Source of the DNA: Verrucomicrobiota bacterium
GTDB lineage: Bacteria; Verrucomicrobiota; Verrucomicrobiia; Limisphaerales; AAA164-E04
Assembly: GCA_047947115.1 (NCBI GenBank)
Contig: CP170459.1
Span: 5,248,001-5,312,000 of the forward strand
Direction of reading: 5' to 3'
Length of the DNA stretch: 64,000 bases
The notes beneath the pieces were generated by a model. That model searched no databases. It was not told the DNA's origin and worked only from the letters and a program-made list of their open reading frames with translations. Every line of letters begins with the position of its first letter. Position 1 is the first letter of the stretch. A program made the position numbers and the translations under genes. Positions 9,246-20,000 of the stretch are shown here, in pieces.

Positions 9246-11018
9246 TTAATCTTTGGGTTCCATTTTGACGCGGAGAATCTGTGGTTCATCCGGCGTAAGT
9301 TCGATGTTTTCCACCGCTGTTTCAAACCCCGCTTTGCGAAGTGACAATTCATGAACACCCTGGCTCACGTTGCTCAAATCCAAGGGTGTTACCCCCAACA
9401 ACTCGTTGTTCTCCCACACCTCCACCTCTTCAGGATAGGTCCAGACTTTCAACTCACACCTCCCGAAACTGGCGATCACGTCCACCCCCCTTCCGGCATA
9501 AGATTTGACGTCCAACGATTCTGAATGGGTCGCTCCATTCAGTGAAAAATGGATCAAGTAGGCCCCTTTTGGCAGTTCAACGGTGTCAGGAGTGCCACCT
9601 GTCACCCACTTGCCCTGACGGTCCTGAAACCGATAGTGCCCTCCTGGCGGATCGGTCTTCAATGTTACCTTGGTGTAAGATTCCTCCAGCTTGATGTGAA
9701 GGACATTGGTTTTACCAGACTTCAGAAAAGGAAAAATATTGGTGGGAGCATACCCAATTGCCAGCACCGAGACACGATAGGCTCCTTCCTGCAATCCATT
9801 CCATTCCACCGGAGCGAGGTCTTCCATCACCTCCGCCAGCCCGGGACGCGACAAGGTCACCAAAGCATCTTCGGGGGTGGTGATGACTTTCAACGAGCTG
9901 TTGCCCAGTTGTTTGACAGCCATGAAATCTTCGGGCTTCTGTTCCCGAATCTCCAATTCCAAGGGTTCAACCAGAGCGCTTTGTTCTTCCTGTATCTGCC
10001 GGTTCCATTGTTGCTCTCTCCAGTCCACGATCGCCCAGCCGGCAACTCCGACGGCGATGAAAGCCGCCACTGCCCCCAGCATTTTTGGCCGAAACAAGTT
10101 TCGGATAAAAATTCGCCGACGTTCGCCGGCATCCGGCGCAAGCACCTTCGACATCCAGGAATCTTCCTGCACATCGTCGACATCCATTTCAAAACCCATC
10201 AACGCGGCCAAACGCGCCACCGTTTGCGGGCGGTTCTTGGGATGCTCGTCCTGAGCATCCATGAGGGCCTGCTTGACATTTCTGGGCACCACCAGATTAC
10301 CAAAGCGGATGTTCCCTTCCAGTTGAACATGTCGCGGCAGATGCACAAGAATCCCCACCTGACGAATACATTCAAGCAGGACCGAAGCCAGGGCATGGAC
10401 TTCATCCAACACACCGCACTCTCCCGATGCAAGGCAGGCGGGCGAAGCGTTGGGATCCCATGATTCCGAAACCGGTTTTCCGGTTGCCTCCATGATGGTT
10501 TGTATGGCCAAACGATCCAACTGCGGTCCGACAAAATACACTTCGTCGTTTGGCAGAAACCGAATATGATCGGCACTCAGTTTGCCATGGATGCGCTTTT
10601 TCCGATGCAACCCGATACAGTGCTTCGTTACTTTTTCAATCAACGGTTCGATATCCTCCCAAACCGTGTTCTTGCCGCCCTTCAGGAGTCTTTTTTCCAA
10701 CCCCACTCCCGGACGGGAGCGCAAGGCAACCACCGGGAGCGGCTTGGCTGAAGGATCGGTATAAATTACCGTGTGCCAATCGGCATCTGATTCATTCGCC
10801 CATAAGGTGATTTTTTCGAAAAAAGAGTTCACGAGACCAGCATCGGAACAAATGCTTTCAGGCGGAAAATAGAGCAACACCTCCTCTTCTTCATCCCGAT
10901 CCTGCGCCATCCAGTAGGAACTGCCTTCCGGATTGTCAAACAATTCGGATTTCAACACAAACCGGGACTGACAGAGCCGTTGCCCTGTCTGCAATCCTGA
11001 TGTTCCAAAATCATCCAT
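9246..11018 (-). CDS. membrane protein with degenerate Ser/Thr kinase-like N-terminus and PEGA domains
   Basis: Kinase-like spacing without catalytic residues; TM helix MLGAVAAFIAVGVAGWAIV; PEGA repeats (LKVITTPEDA, LGVTPL...GVHELSLRKAGFE). Confidence 0.75.
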   Translation of the reverse strand: MDDFGTSGLQTGQRLCQSRFVLKSELFDNPEGSSYWMAQDRDEEEEVLLYFPPESICSDAGLVNSFFEKITLWANESDADWHTVIYTDPSAKPLPVVALRSRPGVGLEKRLLKGGKNTVWEDIEPLIEKVTKHCIGLHRKKRIHGKLSADHIRFLPNDEVYFVGPQLDRLAIQTIMEATGKPVSESWDPNASPACLASGECGVLDEVHALASVLLECIRQVGILVHLPRHVQLEGNIRFGNLVVPRNVKQALMDAQDEHPKNRPQTVARLAALMGFEMDVDDVQEDSWMSKVLAPDAGERRRIFIRNLFRPKMLGAVAAFIAVGVAGWAIVDWREQQWNRQIQEEQSALVEPLELEIREQKPEDFMAVKQLGNSSLKVITTPEDALVTLSRPGLAEVMEDLAPVEWNGLQEGAYRVSVLAIGYAPTNIFPFLKSGKTNVLHIKLEESYTKVTLKTDPPGGHYRFQDRQGKWVTGGTPDTVELPKGAYLIHFSLNGATHSESLDVKSYAGRGVDVIASFGRCELKVWTYPEEVEVWENNELLGVTPLDLSNVSQGVHELSLRKAGFETAVENIELTPDEPQILRVKMEPKD

Positions 11019-11194
11019 TATAAACGCTTTCCTTTACCATTCGGCATCATCTTCCCCTCGCCTGACTCATGCTGACAGGGAAGTGAACCTACCCTCTTGT
11101 TCCGGCACCATCCTGTCATGTGAAAGCCCAAACTCAAATCCAAAAGTTAGGGCTTTGCCCGGCGGAGGAGATACGTTATGAATGGCCCCAGACT

Positions 11195-12607
11195 ATGACT
11201 GACACCCATCTTCAGTGGCCCAAACCGAATGTTGTTCCCGAACTGGACCCGGGTTTTCGCCCGGCAGCCCTAGCCGTACGATCTGTCAAAGCCCAAACCA
11301 GTCAGGAGAACGCCTCATTGCCCGTCACGGTCGTTCTCAAACGTCCGGATGGGAGTGCCTACCGGTTTGAAACGACTCTATATCCTCACTCTGATTCAAC
11401 CAACGGGCGGAATTTCTTTCTCCTGGAACGGTTCATCAAATTCCTCCTGTGGTCCAGGGGCGCCGCCAAGCTTTACTGCACGGCACCAAAAGTTCTGTGT
11501 GATCAGTTGAACCATTATTACCAGGAACATCCACTGGGGAAATGGGATGCCGATATGATGGGGCGCCGGGTGTTCGAGGAGTCCTTCGAAATCATCCACT
11601 GCCCGGAATCAGAACTGCCAGTCGAACGCAGCGACTCCGCGCCGCTGGGACGCCACATGGATGGATGCCGCATTGGTTTTGACCTCGGGGGCAGTGACCG
11701 AAAAATTGCCGCCGTGATCGATGGAAAAACAGTCTTTTCCGAAGAAATCATCTGGGATCCCATCCCGCAATCCGATCCCCAATGGCACTACGACCACATC
11801 ATGGACACCCTCAAACTGGCGGCCTCCAAGATGCCACGGGTCGATGCCATAGGCGGGAGTGCCGCCGGGGTTTACGTCAACAACAGGGTCAAGGTCGCTT
11901 CACTATTCAGAGGAGTACCCGATGATTTATTCAATTCCCGGGTGAAAGATCTGTTTCTGGAGATGAGACGGGATTGGAACAACATCCCGTTCGAAGTCGT
12001 CAATGACGGCGAAGTCACTGCCTTGGCCGGCTCCATGAACCTGGAACAGAACGCCGTGCTGGGCATCGCCATGGGCACCAATCAAGCCGCCGGATTTGTC
12101 ACACCAACCGGACAGATCACCCCCTGGTTGAACGAATTGGCTTTTGTTCCGGTGGATTACCGCCCGGACGCACCGGTGGATGAATGGTCCAAAGACCGTG
12201 GATGTGGAGTCCAGTATTTCTCACAACAAGCCGTCGCCCGCTTGATCCCCTCAGCTGGCATCGAAGTCCCGCAAGGCATGCCCTTCCCCGAACAACTGAT
12301 ACGTGTGCAGCAATTGATGGCTGAAGAAGATCAACGCGCCGCAGCCATCTACCGCACCATGGGTGTCTATCTGGGCTACGCGCTGGCCCAATACAGCGAC
12401 TTTTACGAATTCGAAAACCTGCTGTTGCTGGGTCGAGTCACAACCGGGGCGGGTATGGATCTGATGATCGACAAAGCCAAGGAAGTCCTCAAAACAGACT
12501 TTCCCGAACTCGCCGACAAAATCATGTTCCATCGTCCGGGCGAAAAAGAAAAACGCCACGGCCAGGCGATGGCAGCTGCCAGTCTGCCTGAAACAACGAA
12601 GGCTTAA
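11195..12607 (+). CDS. ROK family protein with long N-terminal extension
   Basis: IGFDLGGSDRK, VVNDGEVTALAG, GIAMGT, NELAF; start probably ATG 11195 (ORF open from GTG 11120). Confidence 0.85.
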   Translation: MTDTHLQWPKPNVVPELDPGFRPAALAVRSVKAQTSQENASLPVTVVLKRPDGSAYRFETTLYPHSDSTNGRNFFLLERFIKFLLWSRGAAKLYCTAPKVLCDQLNHYYQEHPLGKWDADMMGRRVFEESFEIIHCPESELPVERSDSAPLGRHMDGCRIGFDLGGSDRKIAAVIDGKTVFSEEIIWDPIPQSDPQWHYDHIMDTLKLAASKMPRVDAIGGSAAGVYVNNRVKVASLFRGVPDDLFNSRVKDLFLEMRRDWNNIPFEVVNDGEVTALAGSMNLEQNAVLGIAMGTNQAAGFVTPTGQITPWLNELAFVPVDYRPDAPVDEWSKDRGCGVQYFSQQAVARLIPSAGIEVPQGMPFPEQLIRVQQLMAEEDQRAAAIYRTMGVYLGYALAQYSDFYEFENLLLLGRVTTGAGMDLMIDKAKEVLKTDFPELADKIMFHRPGEKEKRHGQAMAAASLPETTKA

Positions 12608-12625
12608 GGCACCTCAGATAAAATA

Positions 12626-12744
12626 GCCGTCCCTGGGCGCGTCGGGTAGACCGGGCCGTCCCTGGCGTGCCGGGTAGATCGTGCCGTCTCTGGCGTGCCC
12701 CTTATGGCATCCGAACCATCTTAAACTCCCGATTTGGGAAGCCT
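12626..12744 (+). repeat. tandem GGTAG REP-like units plus truncated copy of the element at 40301
   Basis: 28-nt units GGGTAGA..G.GCCGTC(C/T)CTGGCGTGCC at 12644 and 12672, partial unit at 12626; 12673-12744 matches 40301-40372 at 56/72 ungapped positions. Confidence 0.75.
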
Positions 12745-12760
12745 ACAATCGCCAAAGAAT

Positions 12761-13285
12761 TCAGTCCTCCCTGCGACCCGCACGCAAGGCTTGCAAGATA
12801 GCCTGATCATCATCCCCGGCCTCCCAGACCATCTCGAGGAATTGCGGCAGAGTCAGGTTCCACGAAGCCAAGAAAGGCCGATCCCCCGCGCAGCCATACA
12901 TGGTGTCTTCATCCAATTCACCCCGCAGCTTGGCCCGCGCTTTCGCGATAATACGCGGCAACCAGGGAATCCCGTCCATGGGTTCGGGTTTGGGAGGCAA
13001 CTCACTGGCAGGAATGATGCGATCACTTTTCACTCCCTTCATGACCTCTCTCAGATACCGCTCACGAATGGCGGCAACCTGGAACGCGGTGTCGTAGTCG
13101 AGATCATCATACCGGATGGAATCATCCACAAAATCAAACAATTCCTGAGGGGAACAGCCTATGGTGGAAAGGAATGCCACGTCCTCCGCCTCAAACATGG
13201 ATTGAGGGGATCGCCTCCCTGCATGATACCGTTCCACTGCCGTGTCAAACAGCTCCTTAAATATACTTTGCCAAGATGATTCCAT
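12761..13285 (-). CDS. DUF5069 domain protein
   Basis: GIPWLPRIIAKARAKLRGEL...YGCAGDRPFL motif; start at MESSW (13285). Confidence 0.8.
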   Translation of the reverse strand: MESSWQSIFKELFDTAVERYHAGRRSPQSMFEAEDVAFLSTIGCSPQELFDFVDDSIRYDDLDYDTAFQVAAIRERYLREVMKGVKSDRIIPASELPPKPEPMDGIPWLPRIIAKARAKLRGELDEDTMYGCAGDRPFLASWNLTLPQFLEMVWEAGDDDQAILQALRAGRRED

Positions 13286-13547
13286 AAGACTTACGCGCCC
13301 AATGTGCATGGAAAACCGGGAATGTCCACCCCTAAGAATGGTTGTTTTGTGAGTGCTGATTGTCACAGATGTCAACACATGACCATGGCAAGCTTGAGCC
13401 ATTTGGAGATGATCGTGAAAAGAAACTCCCCGCAAAACAGGAGAACCATTTGGTTCCCTCAAAAATCTGCAACATCTGCCCGAGCTGCGTTTCACATTCG
13501 ACTTTTTCCTTTCCGACACGAGGGCTCTCAGGTCATGATGCGGCACC

Positions 13548-14357
13548 ATGACAGATCGATTCGATTTAACAGGAGAAGTCGCCGTCATCATAGGCGGCAC
13601 AGGGAGTCTCGGCGGGGCGATTGCCCAGGGTTTGGCGGAAGCCGGCAGTCAGGTCATCATCCTTGGACGCAACGAAACCAACGGCGAGGCCAAAGCCGCC
13701 GACATCCGCGAAAAAGGAGGCAAAGCCAATTACGTGAAATGCGACGCCATGAGCGCGGACAGCCTCAAGGAAGCCCATGCTTCCATCCGCGAACAATTCG
13801 GCGCACCGACCATCCTGGTCAACGCCGCTGGCGGTAACGATCCCAAAACCACCCTCACCGGGGATTTCACTTTTGAGCAGATCCCGCTGGATGCATGGCG
13901 CGGCAACTTCGAGCTGAATCTGGTCGGTGGCGTGCTACTGCCCTGCCAGGAATTCTGCCCGGCGATGGTGGAAGCAGGCAAAGGCAGTGTGATCAACATC
14001 GCCAGCGTGTCGGCTCACATCCCTCTTTCACGCGTCATCGCTTATTCGGCCGCCAAGGCAGCCGTGCTTAGCCTGAGCCAGTTTCTGGCTCGTGAATGGG
14101 CCAAAACCGGCGTTCGAGTCAACACCATCACACCGGGATTCTTCCCCGCCGAACAGAACCGCAAGATCCTGTTTCACGAAGATGGAACCCCCACCGAACG
14201 CACCAACTCCATCATGGGGCACACCCCGATGGGACGATTCGGCGAAGCTGAGGAACTGATCGGCGCCGCCGTCTTCCTGGCCAGCAACAAGGCCAGCAGT
14301 TTTGTGACCGGAACCGACATCCGAGTGGATGGGGGTTACCTTTCCCAAACGATTTAA
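13548..14357 (+). CDS. SDR oxidoreductase, D-mannonate oxidoreductase (fructuronate reductase)-like
   Basis: GGTGSLG, LVNAAGGNDP, YSAAK, PGFFPAEQNRKIL, IMGHTPMGRFG, typical of the SDR-type UxuB subfamily. Confidence 0.8.
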   Translation: MTDRFDLTGEVAVIIGGTGSLGGAIAQGLAEAGSQVIILGRNETNGEAKAADIREKGGKANYVKCDAMSADSLKEAHASIREQFGAPTILVNAAGGNDPKTTLTGDFTFEQIPLDAWRGNFELNLVGGVLLPCQEFCPAMVEAGKGSVINIASVSAHIPLSRVIAYSAAKAAVLSLSQFLAREWAKTGVRVNTITPGFFPAEQNRKILFHEDGTPTERTNSIMGHTPMGRFGEAEELIGAAVFLASNKASSFVTGTDIRVDGGYLSQTI

Positions 14358-14383
14358 CCATCTTCCAAAACAGAACAAATCTC

Positions 14384-15661
14384 ATGGCCTCACTCATTGC
14401 TCCCGATGCGACGTATCTGAACGCTGATCAGGTAAACGGCTTCCTGTCCAAGGAAGTTCCCGCCGGTCATTTCCAAGGTAAACGTGTGCTGCTGATCGTT
14501 CCCGACAGCACCCGCACCGCGCCGGTGGGCATGGTGTTCAAAAGCCTGTTCGCAACTCACGGAAGCACTGTCGCAGCCATGGATGTCATGATCGCTCTGG
14601 GCACCCACCAGCCCATGAGCGAGGAAGCTATCTGCCAGCGACTGGAGATTTCACTGGAAGAGCGGCGCGGACCATATTCATCCGTTCAGTTCTTCAATCA
14701 CGAATGGGACAACCCCGAGGCCCTCAAACAAATCGGCACCATCACCCCGGAGGAAATCAGCGACCTGACCGAAGGACGTTTCTCCATGGAAGTCCCGGTG
14801 CGCGTGAACAAAAAACTCTATGAATACGACCAAATCATCATCATCGGCCCCGTGTTCCCCCATGAAGTGGTTGGTTTTTCCGGAGGAAACAAGTATCTGT
14901 TCCCCGGTGTGAGTGGACCTGAGGTGCTGAACTTCTTTCACTGGCTCGCAGCCATCATCACCAATCCAAAGATCATCGGTCACAAATGGACCGCCGTCCG
15001 CAAAGTGGTGGATCGGGCCGGAGCCTCTGTCGACATTCCCAAACTGGCACTGTGCATGGTTGTCACCCACCACGGACTGCGAGGCATCTTCACCGGCACC
15101 CCTGAATCCGCCTGGGACGGTGCATCGGATCTGTCCGCCAAAACACACGTTGAATACAAGGACAAACCTTTTCATACCGTACTGTCCTGTGCCCCCGCGA
15201 TGTATGACGAACTCTGGGTCGGCGGCAAGTGCATGTACAAACTGGAAACCGTGGTGGCAGACGGAGGGGAACTGATTATCTACGCCCCGCACATCAAGGA
15301 AATCAGCCTTACCCACGGCAAACTCATCCGCGAAATCGGCTACCATTGCCGTGACTATTTCCTGAACCAATGGGACAAGTTCAAGGACTACCCCTGGGGC
15401 ATCCTCGCCCACTCAACCCATGTGCGAGGTGTCGGAACATGGGAAGACGGACAGGAAAAACCGCGCGTTAAAGTCACCCTGGCCACCGGGATCCCAGAAG
15501 CAGTCTGCCAGGAAATCAACCTTGGTTACCGCGACCCGGCCACCATCAACATGGACGACTACACCAACCGCGAGTCGGAGGGCATCCTCCACGTCCCGAA
15601 GGCCGGCGAAGTCCTTTACCAATTGCATGAACCACCCGCATGGGCGAAACCCGATGTTTAA
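14384..15661 (+). CDS. LarA (lactate racemase) superfamily, nickel-pincer-dependent racemase/epimerase
   Basis: VPDSTRT, ALGTH, PHEVVGFSGGNKYLFPG, FFHW motifs; 26 nt downstream of the SDR. Confidence 0.85.
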   Translation: MASLIAPDATYLNADQVNGFLSKEVPAGHFQGKRVLLIVPDSTRTAPVGMVFKSLFATHGSTVAAMDVMIALGTHQPMSEEAICQRLEISLEERRGPYSSVQFFNHEWDNPEALKQIGTITPEEISDLTEGRFSMEVPVRVNKKLYEYDQIIIIGPVFPHEVVGFSGGNKYLFPGVSGPEVLNFFHWLAAIITNPKIIGHKWTAVRKVVDRAGASVDIPKLALCMVVTHHGLRGIFTGTPESAWDGASDLSAKTHVEYKDKPFHTVLSCAPAMYDELWVGGKCMYKLETVVADGGELIIYAPHIKEISLTHGKLIREIGYHCRDYFLNQWDKFKDYPWGILAHSTHVRGVGTWEDGQEKPRVKVTLATGIPEAVCQEINLGYRDPATINMDDYTNRESEGILHVPKAGEVLYQLHEPPAWAKPDV

Positions 15662-15687
15662 GCAACAATAGGATGCTGTCTTTTCGC

Positions 15688-15710
15688 ACACGAAGGCACA
15701 AGACACGAAG
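15688..15710 (+). repeat. short triple direct repeat (ACACGAAG x3, imperfect)
   Basis: ACACGAAG-GCACAAG-ACACGAAG in a convergent intergenic gap. Confidence 0.4.
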
Positions 15711-15736
15711 TTTTTGCTGCTCTTCAGCCTTTCGAC

Positions 15737-16663
15737 TTATTCGTCCTCTTTCCCTCGCGCTTGGGCTTTTGCACGGATCGCGTTGCGCACGTCGTCCAGT
15801 CGTTCTGGCCAGGCAAACGAAGGGGCCTTGGATGGATCATATCCTTCAAGGTGATCCCGTAGTCGATGGGTAGGTTTGGTGTAAACCAGTTCGGTATTTC
15901 CGAAGACTTCTTCACAAATCGCGGCTAAAGCCGGATCGTACTCCTTGAGTTCGACTCGTGTGTCCACGTGGTTGTGATCATGATCGGGCGGACGGTTGTT
16001 GTTGAACCAGGATTGTACGCCTTCGGCAAAATACTCCGCGTGGTTCACCGAGGCATATTTTCCCTGCCACAACCCGGCTTCCATGGCTTTGTCGTATGTC
16101 TGTTGAAGGCGTTGATCGAATGTATCGTCCATCCGGTTCATTCCCCGATAGTGTATATTATGGGCAAACTCATGTATCAAAATATTCTCAGCAGCGTAAG
16201 GATCCCCCTCGTAAGCCAACAAATTTTCCTCGCCGCACGAACAAACGGGATCATGACTGGAACCACCCAACCCGCGGGCACGGGCATCCCAAAAATCCTT
16301 GGGACGCAAATGAGCATGCTCAGGAATCTCGGAGGTGAATTCGTCGTAAGCCATGACAATCATGCGTGAACCACTTTCAATCATCGCCTCTTTGACATCC
16401 GGACGTTTGGCCAACATCATGTCGATTAAATACGCCGCCTCTTTCAAGGCATAGTTGTTCACTTTGCCCGAACTGATCACCGGATACCCACCCACGCTGA
16501 CATACTTTTCGTAAAAGCCGGGCAACTCCAATGCTTCCGGAGGTCGGGTAACCGCCCAATCACCCGCCCAAACTTCCCCCGAATAACAACCTGCCGCTGC
16601 AACCAACAAAAAAGCATGTAAACTGTTCATAGGATGCGTCAACACTGCGTGAAGCTGTTTCAC
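15737..16663 (-). CDS. secreted zinc-dependent peptidase-like protein (gluzincin/ATLF-like)
   Basis: Signal-like N-terminus, ILIHEFAH and downstream EYFAEG; start may be ATG 16630. Confidence 0.7.
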   Translation of the reverse strand: MKQLHAVLTHPMNSLHAFLLVAAAGCYSGEVWAGDWAVTRPPEALELPGFYEKYVSVGGYPVISSGKVNNYALKEAAYLIDMMLAKRPDVKEAMIESGSRMIVMAYDEFTSEIPEHAHLRPKDFWDARARGLGGSSHDPVCSCGEENLLAYEGDPYAAENILIHEFAHNIHYRGMNRMDDTFDQRLQQTYDKAMEAGLWQGKYASVNHAEYFAEGVQSWFNNNRPPDHDHNHVDTRVELKEYDPALAAICEEVFGNTELVYTKPTHRLRDHLEGYDPSKAPSFAWPERLDDVRNAIRAKAQARGKEDE

Positions 16664-17072
16664 ATTTCGAGAAAAAAGCTGAAGTATGAAGCATGAACTG
16701 AACTGCCGTCACATTTCTTCGTAGGAAAACAACACGTCGGGACCATGAACCTGTTGTTTACTCCATGGCAAAACAATGGGAGCTCACTCAGACATTTCCT
16801 CCGTCAAAAAGAACTAACTTAACATGGTCAATGCAGCATGGATTTCTCCATTCCATCGATCCAACAAACTGCTAGACACCCAAACCCAACTTCGATGATT
16901 TTGTGAATATCGAAGACTTCAGGCAAGCCGTATGAAATGGAGAGAGGTCCTTTTAGATAAATCTGAAGTTCAAATTACGCTTTGGATAAATATCATTGCA
17001 ACGAATAAACCCTCCGGATTGAGGCGTTCAAATTCCTTTTCAGCACTTGCCTTAATTTTTGACATCCGACTA

Positions 17073-20000
17073 TCACTCAGGTTCTGTCACCTCATACTCT
17101 CTTTGATCGTCGGGTTGAATGGAATGTTCGCTGATCCGGCCTTTGGGCCAAATCACCCGAAGTTTTACGGATGCGTTTGAGGAAGGGTCATGGGGAAAAC
17201 TGATCATCGGACTGGATTGAGACGCATATCCAGACTTGGCATGGATTTCGTAATACCGCTTCTCTCCCGACTTGAATTCCACTTCCAGACGACTCCCCGA
17301 CGCCCTTAGATTTCCCGGTTGCCCGACAAGTCGTATCGACCATCGCTTATTGTCCTGCCTGCTCTTGAACAACTTGGGAGCTCCATGATGGATACCAAAA
17401 ATCAATCCTGGAGCCAAATCACCCTCCCTACGCATCAACGCCAATGACCGCATTTCATCGAAGACCCTCAGTCCGGACTGTTGAAGGGGCATCATCACAA
17501 AACCACCCTTGCCATCTCCCAACAGCAACAGGGCCGTTCCAGCGGTCGAGGGGCCAAGTTCCGGTGATCTGGCATAGTCGTTTTGAGCAAGCAAGATGTC
17601 AGCGTTTCCGTCCGCGTTGAAATCGCTGATCAGCGATCCGTAGGAAGGAGCCAATTGGGATTCAACTGGTAGAGGTTTGAATTGAAACCTTCCTTTCCCG
17701 TCATTCCACAGCACCCCCGTATCGGATGTGGTTGTTTGAAACTTCATCGGGTCTTGAAGTTTGATGGCGTCCAGAAGTTGATCAAGTTGGATGTTAGTAA
17801 AGGAAGCGTAAGAAGGGAACAGTTTGTTGAGTTCGGGGATGCCAGCGAAGAGTGCGCTGCGGGTTCTGAGAGGGTAGGCTACGCCTCATGAGCTGTAGTA
17901 TTCAATGATCGCCCGCCTCCGGGTATCCTTCAAAAATCCCACGACAACACCGTGCGACAGGCCATGATTCCCGTGAACCGGTTCGTTGCGGCCCACGTTC
18001 GTCAAAAGAAAATCGATGTCTCCATCGTTATCCAGATCACCCGCCGACATTCCATTCCACCTCCCCTTAAGCAATCCCAATCCGGCCTCGCTTGTGGCCT
18101 CTTCCAGAATTCCCTCACGGTTGAGCCAAAGCCGAACCGATCCCCAATGGATGGCGACCAACAGATCGATCCAACCATCGGCATTCACATCGGACCAACA
18201 TGCCGACGCAACCATGCCGATTCGCCCCTGATCTTTCTTAGCCCAATCCGTATGACTCGAAAAGGTGCCCCCGTTATTGATGAGAACACCGCTGACAGGA
18301 GATGTTCCAAATGAACCGGGAACGGATCGATTGCCTACAAACAAATCCAAATCTCCATCCCGATCATAATCCGCAGCGGCAATAGTAGATCCGGAATTCA
18401 TTTCCCTTGCCCCTATTCCATCGGCTTTGATTTGAAACTCACCATTACCATCATTCAGATAAAGTCGATTCAGAGAAACATCGGCTCTTCCGGCAGGTGC
18501 AGGATTGTGAGCCACCACCAACAAATCCTCGTCCCCATCCACATCCACATCGAAAAACAAGGCGTCTCTATCGGCGTAGGAAACTCCCTGAATTCCATCG
18601 GGCAATTTTTGCTCGGTAAAAGCTCCGTTGGAAGATTGAATCATGAGATGCCCCGGCGCCACCATTGTTCCGCCGATGAAAAAATCCTCCAAACCATCCC
18701 GGTTCACATCCGCTACCGCCAAGGGCGGCCCCAAGTTACCCAATCTGGCCGGCAGCAATGGCTCAATGGAGAATTCATCATGGGGGATTCGACGATGCAA
18801 CAAAGACTGAGCTAAGGGATGAACTTCAAAGAGTGTTGAAGCGTCACTGACTGAACCATTGTTGGCAGCTCCATTGTGAAGCTTTCCCCCCTCTTCCTTA
18901 ACCGTAATCAGGACATTCTGGGGTGGATCTTGTATCACCTGAACACGTCCCCCTGGCCATTCGATGCGCAATAAGTCCTCCTGTGAACTCTCCTCGACCG
19001 CAAAATGAGCTACCGGTTCATCCGCCGACATGAATCCACTGTTGCTACCAATGACTCTGGTTTGTGTTATGCCACTGGAAACAAGCTGCACCTTCGCACC
19101 AAGTCCGAATTGATTGCTTTCGTTCCCTTGCAATCGCACCAGAAGACGCTGCCCTGAAGGGGTATCGTTGCGGAAAAGACTCACCGGGGCTTCCAGGTGT
19201 GTGATCAACAAATCCAAATCCCCATCACGATCCAGGTCCGCCACCGAAGACCCAAAACTGGCCTGCACACTATCCAGGCCCCATTGCGCACCGACTTCTT
19301 CAAATTGAAGCTGCCCGGCATTGCGAAACATCAAATCCCGTTCTCGATGAACCGGGTAGCCCCACCATTTGTCGTTCCCAACACGCCGCATCGTTTGAGA
19401 CATGTCACCGTGCAGGAAATCCCGAGCCATGCCATTGGAAATGAACAAATCCAAACGACCGTCGTGATCAAAATCCGCAAATTTTGGAGACCATGTCCAG
19501 TCCGTCTGACTCACTCCCGATAAATGTGCCGATTCGTAAACGCGGTCGATGCCGCTACCAAGATACAATGTATTTCTCCGAACCTGTTTCGGTAGGGTCT
19601 CCAGATAAAACCACCTCTCGCGATAAAGATCGTCATCAATCAGGTTGCGACGTGGGTGAGTGGACCCGGCCATATCAGTGGCCAACAGATCCATGTGACC
19701 GTCATTGTTCACATCTCCAATGGCTGTCCCCATCGAAGACCAGGGCATATAGGGCAAGGCATCGACGGCAACATTCTTAAAGGTTCCATCTCCCTGATTC
19801 GCGTAAAGTTTGTCTGCACCCTTGTAATCGTTACTAACATAGAGATCCGGTTTGCCGTCGTCATTGTAATCCCACCAGATCGCGGCCAATCCAATGTCGT
19901 TGCCTGCCACCCCTGCGTTCAGGGAAATATCGCGAAATCCTTTTCCTCCCTCGTTGCGGTATAGGTGATCGGCCTGCCCGACAATGAGGAGCTCGATACG

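Noticed and set aside
13350..13369. TGTGA-N10-TCACA resembling a CRP site
   Set aside because: Spacer is 10 nt rather than 6; single occurrence.
16664..17072. Long intergenic gap, possible sRNA or small ORFs (similarly 20805-21175)
   Set aside because: No recognisable riboswitch, terminator or convincing ORF.
17886..17888. Selenocysteine or genome-wide TGA recoding
   Set aside because: TGA terminates many clear genes here, the site is not in a redox Cys motif, and no convincing SECIS stem follows.
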